Positions 39,855-54,066 of a stretch of 64,000 nt of DNA are shown in pieces. Below the pieces are notes generated by a model that was not told the origin of the DNA, did no database searches, and saw nothing but the letters and a program-made list of their open reading frames with translations. Made by a program: the position numbers and the translations under genes. The DNA comes from Eledone cirrhosa (taxonomy: Eukaryota): positions 45,694,001-45,758,000 of the forward strand of contig OZ024745.1 in the NCBI GenBank assembly GCA_964016885.1, read 5' to 3'. The stretch's first letter is position 1. The number at the start of each line of letters is the position of its first letter.

Positions 39855-41659
39855 GATTTGCCTTTGGACAAAGAATATTGATAACAATAGTAATATATAT
39901 ATCAAGGGCAGTGGAACTGGGGCAGCCCCCCCCCCCCCCCTCCCAATAATTATATTTTTCTTCCCAAAATACCAAAACGCAAATCTATTTGTATATGCGC
40001 TAGAATTTATGTACATTTTATGTAGAGATAATTGATATAGTGAGGGGGGTTGGTAGGATGTGTTTTGGTAGTTTGGGGAGAATAAGAGAATAATATATAT
40101 ATATGTGTGTGTGTGTGTGTTAATTAAAGGTTAATTATTCTTTAATACTTAAACATCTCAATGAGTGGAATCACTCAGAGAAGCAATATGATATATTAAA
40201 TTTAAGTGAGAAAATACTCTTTTTATAGGAGTACAAATCAGATAAACAAAATCAATACTTTATCTAAACTCTCTTATATAAAGATATCCCTACCGTGGCT
40301 TCGTTTGCGGAAGAATTTTTATTGGAACCACCAATAATTGAAGAATCTACAATACTCTTCAAGGGAGTTTACATTCTTCAAAACCTATGAGAATATTGAC
40401 CAGGAAATTATACATACTGTTTCATTTGCCGAGGCAACATCCTGAACAAAAAACCACGTTGTAATAGAAATATTACGCAATCAGAACTCTCTGAACATAT
40501 TAGGACTATGTGACAGGCGTATAATATTTTGAGAGAGATATATATATATAGAGAGAGAGAGAGATCAATAACTTTTACCCACAGTTTCACATTTCTGATT
40601 TTCGGGAGGCAGTGAATTTTGAAGCAAGTACAATTGGTTTTTATAGCTTCTCGTCGATACAATCCACAAAGATATCTATACATGCACACACATACGCACA
40701 GATACACTTATACACATATATATTAGGGAGTATAAACAACGAAGAGTACTCAATACCTCCCGTGGATCTTATTGAATCATCGAATACTCCGCAAATTGTT
40801 TGCTTGCTTTTATAAACTCATGTTTGCTATATTTCAACAGTTTAAATTAGCCATGTTTAAAAATAGAACCAAAGACGTGTGGAGTGAGGTTTGTTTCTAT
40901 ATATGCATCTGAAACTTGATATTACGTGATTATACATTTGATATCTATTATCTGAAACACTGCAATATTAATTTCTATATGTTATTTCAATGTATTGTCG
41001 TTGATAGGTTGGTATCCTGTTACACTCTGTGTTAAAAGTATAACTGAACGTAGGTGGAATGTTTTCTTTTACTGAACAATATGGATATTATTTCTTTGGT
41101 CAATGTTGATGTTGTTGTAGCTGCAGTGTTTGCTCTTCCTATTATAAATAGACAGATGAGTAAATCAACACAAACAATTCCGTGTTGACAATAAAGGTTC
41201 AGTTGTATTTGATTCTATTCTTCTGAAATGACATGGTTGATTAGAAAGCAACAAAACATATCTTGTCGAGAAAAGGAAATGAAAGGGTGCATACATCCGT
41301 GAAAATATAAACTAGAAAATAAACTCAAAAATAAAAAGTTTAAGGGGAAATGGGAACAGAAACTGTGATATGGTGAAATGGAACTGAACAAATAAAATCA
41401 GAAGTAAATAGAAGTGGCTTTTGTGAAAATAATTGAAATTAGATAATAGAAAATGAATCCTATTGCTAATTTACCTGCGTGTGTTAAGCGGTGTGTATTT
41501 GTACGTTCTTTTAACATAAAATACTGAGAGATTATACAACATATGCATGAAAGCTGCACAGTTCGTTACCACTTGGTTACTGGCTATTAAAACAGTTAAA
41601 TATATCAGTAATTCTCTATTTTTGTCTGTCTATCTATCACTTTTTCACTCTGTGTGTAT

Positions 41660-42005
<346 letters not shown>

Positions 42006-42044
42006 AGTATTGGTTATGCAGACATTCAATATGTCAATGTTACG

Positions 42045-42226
42045 TGGATTGGCAGTATCGGTAGAGGGTCGGACGCCATGCTTTCCAGCATAGTTACGTC
42101 CCTTTACGATCTGAGTTCAAATCCCGCCGAGGTTGACTTTGCCTTTCATCCTTACGGGGTCGATAAAATAAAGTGCCAGTAATGCACTGGGTATTTGCTG
42201 GCCTTGTGCCTAAAGTAGAAACAATT
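42045..42226 (+). mobile_element. tRNA-SINE, main family
   Basis: Full-length match. Confidence 0.85.
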
Positions 42227-42386
42227 ATTTACTGTCATTTCATCAGAATAATATTACTGAGGACCTGTTTGGTTTTTATAGAGAATATTAGGAGGGAGGG
42301 GTGAAGTTGTTAGAAGAATAGTTGAGGGAGTGGTTTTTTGATAGCAGTGAGAATTTTTGGTGGCATATATATATATATATATATAT

Positions 42387-42532
42387 AGTAAGGGTGAAAG
42401 CAGCGATTCTTTGCTTAAACTTTAATCTGTTATTTTAATAAATATTTGGTCTAGGGTTCTTATATATTTGATATATATTTATCCTTATCGAGCCCTCTTT
42501 GGATTTTAGTCTTCACATTTATTATTATTACT
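42387..42532 (+). mobile_element. TA-flanked mini-element beginning at a hammerhead 3' half (family F)
   Basis: TAAGGGT-GAAA-GCA-gcgattctt-TGC-TTA; same start point as the 12642 copy. Confidence 0.55.
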
Positions 42533-45224
42533 ATATATATATATATATATATAAACAAACGTCGTGTGTGAAGATCGAATCTTCGAACTTACGAAGCCTT
42601 TTTTTTATAATTATAGAAATTACAGTCCGTTGCTATAAAATAGCTTATAAAATCGGATAAAGATATTTAAAACGTACAAAATCTTTCCAGCGGCCGCTAC
42701 GAAGAATCGAACTCCGTATTTCTAAGTGCTCTCACTATTGAGCAAATGAGCTCAAATGGGGCAATGCCGCTTTGGCGTATGAAATTAGACCTAAGATATT
42801 GAAAGCCCTGAATAGAGTAAGTATTCTCTGGCTGACTCATGAATGCCTAGCGGGCGTGTACATACATGCGACCATTTAAGTGCCTTCAAAATTTCATTAA
42901 TACTAATACATTACTATGTTTGAAGTAACTTTTTTCATCCTTGAGTTCAAATATTCACATACAAATATATATTTCGATGATGTTGAATAATCTGAATGCA
43001 CCCATCGTATATACATAAATGCTACCACATATCTATAAGTGTAATACTTGTATATGTTGACCTGTAAACCAGTACATTCATACTAATTCAAAGACTTGTA
43101 GTCTTGTATAATAAACACACTCCTCATACATTCATACACGCAAACATACACCCACACCACAATACCCCCACGCAAATGTGTATATATATATATATATATA
43201 TATATGCGTATGTGAATCTGTGTGGGTTTGTGTTCATGTGTATGTAGGTATGTGTTTTAACAACGCCGATACACAAATAATTCATTAAGAAACATAAAAA
43301 TGCAATTAATACAGTTTTAAGCAAGAATGTTTACAACGGGCAGTTTACAGTACAAACTGTTATATATTGTGATAAATTCAAAAAGCTTATTGACCTATAT
43401 CCATCGATTTGTTTCTGAAAGAAAACACCAACGCATGTGAACCTAATTGCATGGATACTTCAACTTAAGATATACTTTATTCATATACATACAAACTCGC
43501 ACACACACACACACATATATATATGTGTGTGTGGGGGGTGGGGTGGGGGTGTAGAAAAGTGGCAATAACTTCGAAATCACTGCTACTTTTCTTCTTTGAA
43601 AATATATTTCTACACTTTATTCGTTAGTACAGTGTGCTATTTAAATACTTTTAATGCTACAGTATTTTAAAACATATATTATACATGTAAACATATGGCT
43701 TATAACTCGCGTTTCACATAAAAAATGACAAAAACAAAATACATCACTCATTCACACTCACATACACATATCACACACACATATGCTGATACACACATAC
43801 ACTACTTGTCAAGCAGAATATCAACACCTATATCCGAACATATCACACATACACACTTAGAATCATCCACACATCTATATTTAGTCGAATTTTAGGACAA
43901 TAAATCTTGACATACTAAATATGACAAATATATCATGTAAAGTAAACGCATAAAAATGTACAAACGATTATATATACATTCAGGCATACACCAGAATTTG
44001 TTTAATATGTCGCAAAGTTTACTATTTGAGATAGAGCATACAAGTATACACTCTTAAGAGAATATTCCCACCCTCCCACACGGATCTACTTCTGATCAAA
44101 CAAACAAACAAACAGCCGCTGTTTAATTAATTAATCACATGTACTGACAATGATTGATTTATATTTATTTTAGTTATCAGCAAATTTCTAGAAAGAACAA
44201 AAATAATATTCAAGAATAAACAGCAAGAAATGGTCCCTCTTGTTGGAAGAATAGGATAGGGGATATTTGTGTGTGAATAGGGGGATAAATATATTCTAGA
44301 ATATAAATGAGGGAATGAGTAACCGGGCAAAAAGAGTTGAAACAGAACACTATACACATATTTACGACATTGTTTATTGGGCATGAATCCCCTCTCTCTC
44401 TCTCTCTCGCACTCTAATGCTCTCCTTCTTTCTTCTATAAAATTATGAACCTTGCGATTCATTCAGGACATACACACATGCATACAGATTTCAACTCAAG
44501 AACTAAATTTAAATTGTAATTCTATTTTAACACGTCAAATCTATATAAATTCTAACAGATACCAGTATGTTATCGTAAATCATAAAACCCATAGCTCTCA
44601 CCAGTGAAGCTTCACAAGCTAGTATTTCCAAAGTCAAACACTCGAAAGAGGTTTTTTCTCTGCATTTATCAATGTATTTGAGGATTCTGGTCTAGAGAAA
44701 TGATTTATACACAAGCAAACAAGACCCACATTCACAGCAGGGTTTTCTATATATCGGAAAAAGTTTGCTGTGAGTTAAAAAATATTTCCCAACTTCTTCA
44801 AATAAACCCGGTTAACACCAAGTAGTTTCAATACGATATATGAGCTGGTTTCATTGCATAGTTTGAACTATGAGATTACATTTACATCGCTATTAAAAAG
44901 TCATAAAATGATGATCGTCACAACTTTTCATATCTCCTCTAAATATTCCTCTATAAACTCAGTCAATTGTCATAGTCAATAAATTGGCTGGAGCTATTAC
45001 ATTTGTAGATTTAGTTTTCCTTATAGTGTATGAATATATTCACGTATAGTATATGTAACACAATCAGTTTAATGTGTTGAATACCTTTTTCGTAGTTTTG
45101 ATTTTACTTCCTTTTCTCCTTCGATTTTTCTCTCTGTGTCTCACTCCTGTGTTTGTTCCTTAATTCTTCTTCTTCTTTTCCTCCTCCCCATCCCGTCCTC
45201 CTCCCTATTATTATTATTAGAAAA

Positions 45225-45410
45225 GGCGGGATTGGCAGTATCGGTAGAGAGTCGGATGCCATGCTTTGACGCATATAGTTACGGCCCTTGCCATTCTGAG
45301 TTCAAATCCCGCCGAGGTTAACTTTGCTTTCATCCTTACGTAGTCGATAAAATAAAGTACCAGTAATGTACTGTGTAATTGCTGGGCTTGTGCCAAAAGT
45401 AGAAACAATT
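45225..45410 (+). mobile_element. tRNA-SINE in (TTA)n, tail-to-tail with the Dong-like LINE
   Basis: Full length; TTA repeats on both sides. Confidence 0.85.
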
Positions 45411-45437
45411 ATTATTATTATTATTGTTATTGTTATT

Positions 45438-48400
45438 CCTTGAATCTCAGTCATTGATGTTGGTTAACTGGAAAGTCCGTTGGATTGAATATCAAGCCAC
45501 TACCTGCAGCCTCAGATATTCAGGACGTATCGGAGGGTTCTTGCTGTTCCAAGCAAGCATGCCTTTTGAAGCGTTCCAAAAAGCGTGAAGGGGCCGATTT
45601 TCTTCAACCATCCCTGGAAACCTTTGGAGATAGTCCCCAGTGCGCCTATGACAATCGGGATCACTTTGACATCATGGCAGTTCCAAATCCTTTTCACCTC
45701 CCACTTTAGGTCCTGGTATCGGTTAATTTTCTCCCTCTCCTTCTCTTGCACTCTCGTGTCGAACGGGCAGGCCACATCCACAATCAGGCACGATCTTTTT
45801 TCTTTGTCCACAACCACCAGGTCAGGTCTATTGTGTTCCAGTTTTTTGTCCGTCTGTATCCTAAAATCCCACAGCACCTTCACCTGACTGTTCTCCATCA
45901 CCGCCTCTGGCCTATGCTCATACCATTTCTCAGAATGTGGTAGATTGTTTACTTTGCACAGGTGCCAGTGGATCACCCTGCCCATCACATCGTGTCTCCA
46001 GCCCTTATAGTGGGTCTGGGCTAGGTGTTTACACTCGGACACAATGTGAGCCACAGTCTCCTCTCTCTCTCCACAGATCCTGCACAGTGGGCTAGCCTCC
46101 TCCTTGTAGATATGGTGCTTCAACCACTTCGTTTTGAGGGCCTGCTCCTGCGCAGCCATTAGCATTCCTTCTGTAGCCTTTTTGAGGTCTCCTCTTCTCA
46201 ACCAGTTCCATGTCTGTGGATCTCTAAATTCAGTTTTCTCAAAGAAGGTACTATGAAGGGATTTTCCCTTAAGGCTGCTCTTCCTCCTTGATGTTATTTC
46301 CTCCTTGGATATCCCCTGGCCTACTGTCCCCTCCTTCAGTACAGCTCTCAGCATTGGCTCCTTACTATAGGTCACGTATTTGTATAGGTTGTTTTTCTCC
46401 ATCTGAACACAGTCCTCTATGCTGATAAGACCTCTTCCACCATCAGATCTCCTTAGGTAGAGTCCATCGACATCACTCCTCTTGTGGAACATGTTGTAGA
46501 TAGTCAATAGCTTCCTAGTCTTCCTATCCATTTCTTTTTGTTCAGCAACATTCCATCTCAGAATTCCCGCACTGTACCTAATAATAGACACAGCTCGGGA
46601 ATTTACTGCGCTTATGGCATTTCTGCTGTTCAGGTGTGACTTCAGTACGCTCCTTACTCTCCGAATGTATTCAGTTCTTAACAATTCCTTCATTTTTTTG
46701 TTCTTTATGCCATCAGCCTCCAGAACGCCCAAATACTTGTATCCTTCCTCAGAGTCAATTTCCTTTATCATCTCACCTGTTGGTATCTGGATCCCGTTAC
46801 TTCTGCTCAACCTACCCCTCTTCATCACAATGACTCCACATTTACCAATACCAAACTGCATACATATATCACTGCTGAAAATACGGACAGTGTCAACAAG
46901 CACATCCAACTCCTTCTCACTTTTCCCGAAGAGCTTAAGATCGTCCATGAAGAGGAGGTGATTGATGGTAAGCTCTCCCCTTCCCAACTTGTATCCTGCT
47001 CTCACTTTTCGCAGCATAATGGTCAAGGGCATCAGGGCAAGGACAAACAACAGAGGGGACAGGCTATCTCCCTGGAAGATACCTCTCTTGATCTTCACGC
47101 TTCCCAAGGATACTCCAGTTGATGTCAACTCTGTCTCCCAGGACCCCATACTCCTGCCCAGCAACTGTCTGATGTTATCTGCCACCCTGAAGATCTCCAG
47201 GCTTTTGGTGATCCAGGAATGAGGCACCATGTCAAATGCCTTTCTGTAGTCTATCCATCCTATGGCAAGATCAGTGTGTCTCCTCCTGCAATTCCCCATT
47301 ACCATCTTATCAATAAGCAACTGGTCCTTTGTACCACGTGACTTCTTTCGGCATCCTTTCTGTTCGTCCGGTAACAAGTTGTTTGTGTGGAGGTGATGGT
47401 AGATTTCCTCAGACACAATGCTCGTCAACAGTTTCCACATTACGGGCAGACATGTGATAGGTCTATAGTTGGTAACATCATTACCCTTGATTCGGTCTTT
47501 CATTATCAGAACTGTGGTACCTTTTGTCAACCACTCTGGCACCTCACCCGACACCAAGCAGTCATTGAACATGGCCGTCAGCTTCGGGTGGAGGGATGTT
47601 AAATGTTTAATCCAATACCCCTGCACACCATCTGGGCCTGGTGATTTCCAGTTGGTTAGTTTTTTGGCTTGCCCCTTAAGAGTTTCAACTGTGATACTCA
47701 AATCAGTCTGTTGCTGTGTCTGCTCACCGATCTCCCTCTGTACTGTCTCAATCCACCCTGCCTGGGCATTGTGTCTAACATCCTGCTCCCATATTCCTCT
47801 CCAGAATGTTTTAGCTTGTTCCGCCCCAGGGATCAAGTCGTTGCCTCTTTCTTTCCCCTCAAGCTGTCCAAACAGCATCTTCTGGCTGTTGTCGAACATG
47901 CGGTTCTGTTTATACTGACTGACTCTGTTCTCGTATCGCCTGATTTTGGCACTCTTTGCTACAATGCGTTGCTTCAATTCCTCTATGATAATATTTAGCT
48001 TTTTACTCCTAGTTTTGTATTTTATTTCCAGTCTATTTTTAGTGCCTATGTTTTTTAGTGTCCCATTCAGTAGTGACTCAAGCTTTCCTATGTCATTTCT
48101 CATTTCCCCGATTTGCCCACTCAGTCGCTTCTTCCACCACGGCTCTGCTCTTTCTTGTCTGTTGTTTCCTCTCGCTTTTATACCAAGTAGTTTCCTCACC
48201 GTATTTGCTGTTGCTTTGAGGATATTGTTGCACTGGTGAAGACTCCTCGCCTCAAGGTATGGGATGACTTTGTTTACCTTAGCTGTTGTTTCTTTTAACT
48301 TTTTCCTGTCTACAAATCTTAGGTTCATAGGTCTCCCACTATCATTGTTCAACTCATCTACCACTAAATTTAGGATGTCAACCGAATCTTGTCCTAGCCC

Positions 48401-49030
48401 GTCAGCATTCATCTCCTCAGTGGCCGTATCTCTGTTCCAGGTATTATTTATCTCAGAATTCAGATCATTGTCTGCTTCGGGTGGTTCCTCCGTTCTCAGG
48501 ACCTCCTCACCTTCATTTCCCGCCGGCTCGCTTGTCTGGTATACTACACCCGCCATCTCCAAGCCATTCTCTCTGCTCAGTTCCTCCAGTTCCAGCTCGC
48601 TTATCCACCCATTAGTTCTTATTACCCGAGCCTGCCCGGCCAATTTTTGTTCATCTAATTTAAATAAACCAATCTCGTTCCAGATGTTATGCATCCGTCT
48701 CCTGTAGCCCCTCTCCTTGGGGTTACTTTTCAGGTAGCATTGCATAACAGTTCTATTCAATTCTTTCGTCCAGTTGGTTCTGGCCCCTTTCCATCTTCTT
48801 CTTCCTCCAACATCAGCAGTATTTGGTTGACAGTCAGGTTCCTGCTGCTGAGCCAGGGGGCACCTGTTGGGTGAGAGTCTGTCACATGACGTTCTAGTCT
48901 CCATTTCACCGTTATTCGAACTGTTTATGTTCGATATTTAAACACTCTTATCGAGGATTGGCGAATGTATGTTTACATAGCCATCTGTGGATCCGCCATC
49001 CCACTTGGCCCTTGTGTGGCATTATCACCA
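45438..49030 (-). mobile_element. Near-full-length R4/Dong-clade non-LTR retrotransposon
   Basis: Single long ORF; short 3' UTR ending in AATAACAATAAC(AAT)n. The 5' boundary is approximate. Confidence 0.85.
45512..48904 (-). CDS. Reverse transcriptase / CCHC zinc knuckle / restriction-like endonuclease polyprotein (R4/Dong clade), 1130 aa, uninterrupted
   Basis: KSPGPDG, NYRPITCL, IDYRKAFD, GIFQGDSLSPLLF, LLFMDD, YKYLG; CRICGEREETVAHIVSEC; RHD; RPDLVVVD...IVDVACP...EREKINRY. Confidence 0.95.
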   Translation of the reverse strand: METRTSCDRLSPNRCPLAQQQEPDCQPNTADVGGRRRWKGARTNWTKELNRTVMQCYLKSNPKERGYRRRMHNIWNEIGLFKLDEQKLAGQARVIRTNGWISELELEELSRENGLEMAGVVYQTSEPAGNEGEEVLRTEEPPEADNDLNSEINNTWNRDTATEEMNADGLGQDSVDILNLVVDELNNDSGRPMNLRFVDRKKLKETTAKVNKVIPYLEARSLHQCNNILKATANTVRKLLGIKARGNNRQERAEPWWKKRLSGQIGEMRNDIGKLESLLNGTLKNIGTKNRLEIKYKTRSKKLNIIIEELKQRIVAKSAKIRRYENRVSQYKQNRMFDNSQKMLFGQLEGKERGNDLIPGAEQAKTFWRGIWEQDVRHNAQAGWIETVQREIGEQTQQQTDLSITVETLKGQAKKLTNWKSPGPDGVQGYWIKHLTSLHPKLTAMFNDCLVSGEVPEWLTKGTTVLIMKDRIKGNDVTNYRPITCLPVMWKLLTSIVSEEIYHHLHTNNLLPDEQKGCRKKSRGTKDQLLIDKMVMGNCRRRHTDLAIGWIDYRKAFDMVPHSWITKSLEIFRVADNIRQLLGRSMGSWETELTSTGVSLGSVKIKRGIFQGDSLSPLLFVLALMPLTIMLRKVRAGYKLGRGELTINHLLFMDDLKLFGKSEKELDVLVDTVRIFSSDICMQFGIGKCGVIVMKRGRLSRSNGIQIPTGEMIKEIDSEEGYKYLGVLEADGIKNKKMKELLRTEYIRRVRSVLKSHLNSRNAISAVNSRAVSIIRYSAGILRWNVAEQKEMDRKTRKLLTIYNMFHKRSDVDGLYLRRSDGGRGLISIEDCVQMEKNNLYKYVTYSKEPMLRAVLKEGTVGQGISKEEITSRRKSSLKGKSLHSTFFEKTEFRDPQTWNWLRRGDLKKATEGMLMAAQEQALKTKWLKHHIYKEEASPLCRICGEREETVAHIVSECKHLAQTHYKGWRHDVMGRVIHWHLCKVNNLPHSEKWYEHRPEAVMENSQVKVLWDFRIQTDKKLEHNRPDLVVVDKEKRSCLIVDVACPFDTRVQEKEREKINRYQDLKWEVKRIWNCHDVKVIPIVIGALGTISKGFQGWLKKIGPFTLFGTLQKACLLGTARTLRYVLNI

Positions 49031-49974
49031 CGCTGTATACGAACACACATAAACAAACAAACACACGGGCAGAAAGGGCCCCAAAAATGAATAAGCATAA
49101 GTTTCATTGTAATGTAGTATTCGAATGTCTGACTTAGTTTTTGTTTTTTAAGTTTTACTTTTTCCCCCCTCTTCTCTGTCCGTCCGCCTGCTTCTCTCTT
49201 CATTCTTATTTTCTTTACGTTTTTGGGGTTTCTTTTTTTGTTTTTGTTTTTCTCTGTTTGTTTTTCTCGTTTTTTGCTGTTGTTGCTGTGCTGCTTTGGT
49301 TTTGTTGTTTGTTTTTTCTTTTTTCTTTTGAGTCTATCTATATATTTTGATGCCTTCCTCTTTGTTAGTAGTAGGAATTCTATAATGTGGAAGTGGCAGC
49401 CAGCAGAGACTGGCGGCGTTGGCGATACTGAGACAGTGGTGGTGGTGATGTCGATACCGAGGCAGTGGTGGCGGTGATGCGACCGTATTACTGTAGTGAT
49501 GGTGCTGTAGCGGTGGCAGCAGCAGTGAAGGAGTCAAGGGGTGGTGGCGGCGGTGATGGGATAGTGGTGGTAATGATGGCCGTAGTGAGCGGTGGCGGTG
49601 AAGGTGAAAATGCTGTTGTGTTTAGTGTACACAGATGATGGGGTGGGTGGTGTATCTAGTTTCTGGTGTTGGTGAGTTTAGCTGTCCTATATAGTGTAGC
49701 CAGAGGAGAGGAGGGGGGGGGGGTCTTCTTCTTCCATTTATAGCCATTTTTTTTTTTTTTTTTGATATACAGTGTACAATACAAAGTTGAATATTTGAAT
49801 ATTTGAGCCTTATAACAATATATTTTGGGTCCGAATTTTTTGGGGCTCAAGCCGGGTGCTTTACGTAGCATTTGTACTAAGAGTTGTTATTTCACAAATG
49901 ATTTAAATATGTTAAAAATTCAAAACTTACGGGAGCGATTTCATGACCTCCGTCACCTCGTGCGTCTTCTTCCC

Positions 49975-50027
<53 letters not shown>

Positions 50028-50240
50028 TTACCCACTTACTCCTGGGAGAGTCGTTGGGGGCAGAGACCTCAATCACTCGTTCCATTGGGTCCTGTGAGAA
50101 TCAACCTACTCCAATTCATCCGGTTGGATCCCCAAGCAAAACCAGTTGAAACTATTGGATATTATCGAACCATCTCGCTTGGGGTCCACCCCTGGGTCTC
50201 TTGCCGGTCGGTTTTGCCCGTAAAATCTGACCAGTGATTC
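50028..50240 (-). mobile_element. Decayed RTE-like LINE 3' end abutting (TAA)n
   Basis: Minus strand RDPGVDPKRDG / ...TQW remnants resemble the R.RGRP..RW...DR..W end. Confidence 0.4.
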
Positions 50241-50394
50241 GGCAATATAAGAATAAGTAGCTTTGCTAATGTTATTTCTTGAAATATCTCCTTCAGAAAA
50301 CATTTCTTTAAAAGAAGTGTTGCGAAACTGCAACACAATTTACATCAATCAAAGTTACCACAACTTTTGGCCAATTATTATAAGTGCGTTGTGT

Positions 50395-50612
50395 GGCGGT
50401 GGACTGGTAGTATCAGTACAGCGTCGGTCATCATGCTTCGTAACATAGAGTTACTGCCCTTTACGTTCTGAGTTCAAATCCTGCCGAGGTTAGCTTTGCC
50501 TTTCATCCTTACGGGGTCGATAAAATAAAGTACCAGTGAGAATTGAGGTCAATTTAATCGACTTTCCCCTCACCCCAAATTGCTGGCCTTGTGCCTAAAT
50601 CTGAAACCATTA
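50395..50612 (+). mobile_element. tRNA-SINE, longer subfamily
   Basis: Family core plus TTTAATCGACTTTCCCCT segment; flanked by ATTATA...GTGCGTTGT repeats. Confidence 0.8.
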
Positions 50613-50803
50613 TATGTGCGTTGTTACAAAGAATATAAATTTGTGTTTCAAATAAAATAATATATTTTTGCAGAATTGTCAGTATACATTTGCAAAAGAC
50701 ATTTCACTGACTACATCATTGTTTTGCCGTTCAAAGTCGGATATTGCATCAAGTATATATATATATAAATTGGGGATGCATATGTTTATGTATACTTATA
50801 CAA

Positions 50804-50837
<34 letters not shown>

Positions 50838-50861
50838 TCTCTCTCTCTCTGAATATATATG

Positions 50862-50963
<102 letters not shown>

Positions 50964-51055
50964 GTATATATATATATGTGTATATATATATATGTGTATA
51001 TATATTTATATATATATGTATATATATATGTATATATATATTTATATATATATGC

Positions 51056-51086
<31 letters not shown>

Positions 51087-51139
51087 TATATATATATGCA
51101 TATATATATATGTATATATATATTTATATATATATATGC

Positions 51140-51207
<68 letters not shown>

Positions 51208-51609
51208 GTATATATATATGTATATATATATATATATCCATATTCATACACACACACACACATACACATATACATGTACATATATGCGTGTGTGTGTGTA
51301 TGTAGAAAGGGAGAGAGAGAAAATGAAAGAGAGAGAGGGGGTGAGGAGAAATTTAAACAATTCAGACGATGAATCACATGAAATTTCCTTTGAAATAATC
51401 TACAAGAATATTAAATGTAGTGATAAATTGTGTGATATCTTTTCGAAATAATGAGTATAGTAATAGATCTGGCTTAAAAGGAAAATATCAATTTTCCGCT
51501 AAATACATGTAGATTAAAATGAACTGACCCTCATATATATAGACACAATACACACAATACACACACACATGCATGTGTGTGTGTGCGTGCGTGTGTGTGC
51601 GTGTGTGTA

Positions 51610-51681
<72 letters not shown>

Positions 51682-51770
51682 CATGTACATCATGTATAAT
51701 ATTGAAACATTTTTAGACTGAAATTCAGTAATAGATGAAAATTGTGATAACTAACATAATAATAATAATG

Positions 51771-51803
<33 letters not shown>

Positions 51804-51805
<2 letters not shown>

Positions 51806-52590
51806 TTCTTTGTTAGCCATGCAGGGCTGACATTAAGAAAACATTAAGAATTGCATAGGACGGTACAGTGTGGGTTTTGGCATGTTAATTTATTTTTAAC
51901 TAAAGCAAAAAATAAAAATGTGTAAAAAAATCCAAACAAAATAAATGCCCCACTATGAGGGACTTCCTAAGGTGACACATGGAAAAAAACCCACAAAAAG
52001 CCATGGTCACCTTGACCATTAGGGAAAGTGCCCTTCCCAGTTGTCCTTTAGTCTACAGGCACATACTCAGAGCAGACCCATTCTCTCGGGCCATACTTAC
52101 CACTCTCACCACCTTTCAACAAACTGATTGGGAGGCACCATTTATTCTCCACCCTGATTTTCCTCTTCAAGTGAAACCCAAAAGAGGAAAGTGCTTTTTT
52201 TCAACCTTTTCAGACGTCCTCACCACAAAACCTTTTTCGCCATGGCCAACCGGCAGATAAAAACTGATAGTTGGATCTGTCTCGCACGAGACAGTAGGTG
52301 GTCAACATAATCCCACAAGTCAGCAATGCTCGGAAACTGGATGAGTGCATGTAGTACCGTTTTCTGGCTGCGTGCCAATCTCGATCAGGTTAGTCTGATT
52401 TCTTCTGTCCCTGCCAAGCCATGGATATCTAGAAATCGTCCATAGTCCTCAACCCGAAAGTTCTCCACATCAGACTGGTTAGTTAGGTTTTATCGACAAC
52501 CAGATTTTCCACGTTGTCACACTATAGAACGCTAGTGTGAATTTCCACTAACCACATTTCTCGAATTGTTGCTGGCTGTGCGCGCCTGAT
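51804..52590 (-). pseudogene. Decayed L1/Tx1-like LINE 3' fragment with a (TAT)n tail
   Basis: Minus strand TVLHALIQFPSIADLWDYV and FICRLAMAKKVLW remnants resemble the Tx1 zinc-knuckle/C-terminal region. Confidence 0.5.
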
Positions 52591-52597
52591 GACATTT

Positions 52598-53441
52598 CAG
52601 ACGCTAAGTGCCCAGTCTCGGTCGTATTGAAGAAGGAGATCTCCAGGGGGTGTCCAAGAAAGAAATAAAGGCAAACAGGGAGAACAACCTGAATGAAAAA
52701 GACCTTCATAGCACCCTATTGAAGAAAACGGAATTCAGGAATTCGCAGACATGGGACCTCAATAAAGCTACAGAGAGATTGCTACTGGCAAGCCCTTAGA
52801 ACGAAGTGGATGTAATACCATGTTGACAAGGATGTGGCTAGCCCGTTCTGTAAGATCTGTGGAGAGAAAGAGGAAACTGTGCTTCACATCGTATCCGAGT
52901 ATAAACACCTAGCCAAAACTCATTATAAAGGATGGGATATCATATGATATCATAGGAAAAGTGATCCACTGGTATTTATTCAAACTGAATAACTTACCCT
53001 ACTCTGAGAAATCGGTGATAGAAAATGGTCTGGTGAGGGAGCTGTGGGATTTCAGGCTACTAGCAGATAATTAGAACACAATAAGCCTGACCTAGTGGTT
53101 TTTAACAAGGAAAAGGATTTTGCTTGATTATATACGTAGTTTCCCTTTTGACACAAAAGCGCACGGAAAGGAGGAGGAGAATTAACTGGTACGGTACTAG
53201 GATCTAAATTGGGAACTGAAAAGAATTTGGGACTGTCATGAGATAAAAGTCGTGCCCATCGTAATAGGAACACTAGGCACAATCTCAAAGAGTTTCCAAG
53301 GATGGTTAAAGAACATTAGCCCAGGCCGCTTTTTTGGAACACTTGCCTACTGAGAACAGAAAGGATCCGCCGATACGACCTGAATATATTCGGACACATT
53401 TTCCGGTTAAATAGCATCAATGACTGAGATATTAAATTCAT
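52598..53441 (+). pseudogene. Decayed 3' ~840 bp of a Dong-like LINE related to the intact copy
   Basis: KDLHSTLLKKTEFRNSQTW, PFCKICGEKEETVLHIVSE, LEHNKPDLVV align with the intact ORF; 3' UTR CATCAATGACTGAGAT is shared; ends in TAA repeats. Confidence 0.85.
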
Positions 53442-53450
53442 TATAATAAT

Positions 53451-54066
53451 AATTGTTTCTACTTTTTGGCACAAGGCCAGCAATTAACCAGTGTATTACT
53501 GGTACTTTATTTTATCGACCCCGTAAGGATGAAAGGTAAAGTTAACCTCGGCGGAATTTGAACTCAGAATGGCAAGGGACGTAACTCTATGCGTCAAAGC
53601 ATGGCGTCCGACCCTCTATCGATACTGCCAATAATGGTTTCTTATATAGGCACAAGGCCAGTAATTTGGGGGGGGGGGAAGTCGATTAAATCGACCCCAG
53701 TGCGTTACTCTTACTTTATTTTATCGACCCCATAAGGATGAAAGGCAAAGTTAACCTCGGCGGCATTTGAGCTCAAATCATAACGAGCCGTAACTCTATG
53801 CTGCAAAGCATGGCGTCCGACCCTCTACCGATACTGCCAATCCACCTAATAACACAAGGAATAATAATGGCACAAGGTAAACAATTTTAGGCAAGAGGAA
53901 AGTCGATTAAATCGACCCCAGTACGTTACTCTTACTTTATTTTATCGACCCCTATAAGGATGAAAGGCAAAGTTAACCTTGACAAGATTTGAACTCAGAA
54001 TGTAAAGGGCCGTAACTCTATGCCACGAAGAAGGGTGTCCGACACTCTACCGATGCTGCCAATCCC
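53451..54066 (-). mobile_element. Three stacked tRNA-SINE copies
   Basis: Family core at ~53451-53631, ~53632-53846 and ~53868-54066. Confidence 0.85.

Noticed and set aside
45585-48874. Several plus-strand ORFs
   Set aside because: Antisense shadows of the LINE ORF.
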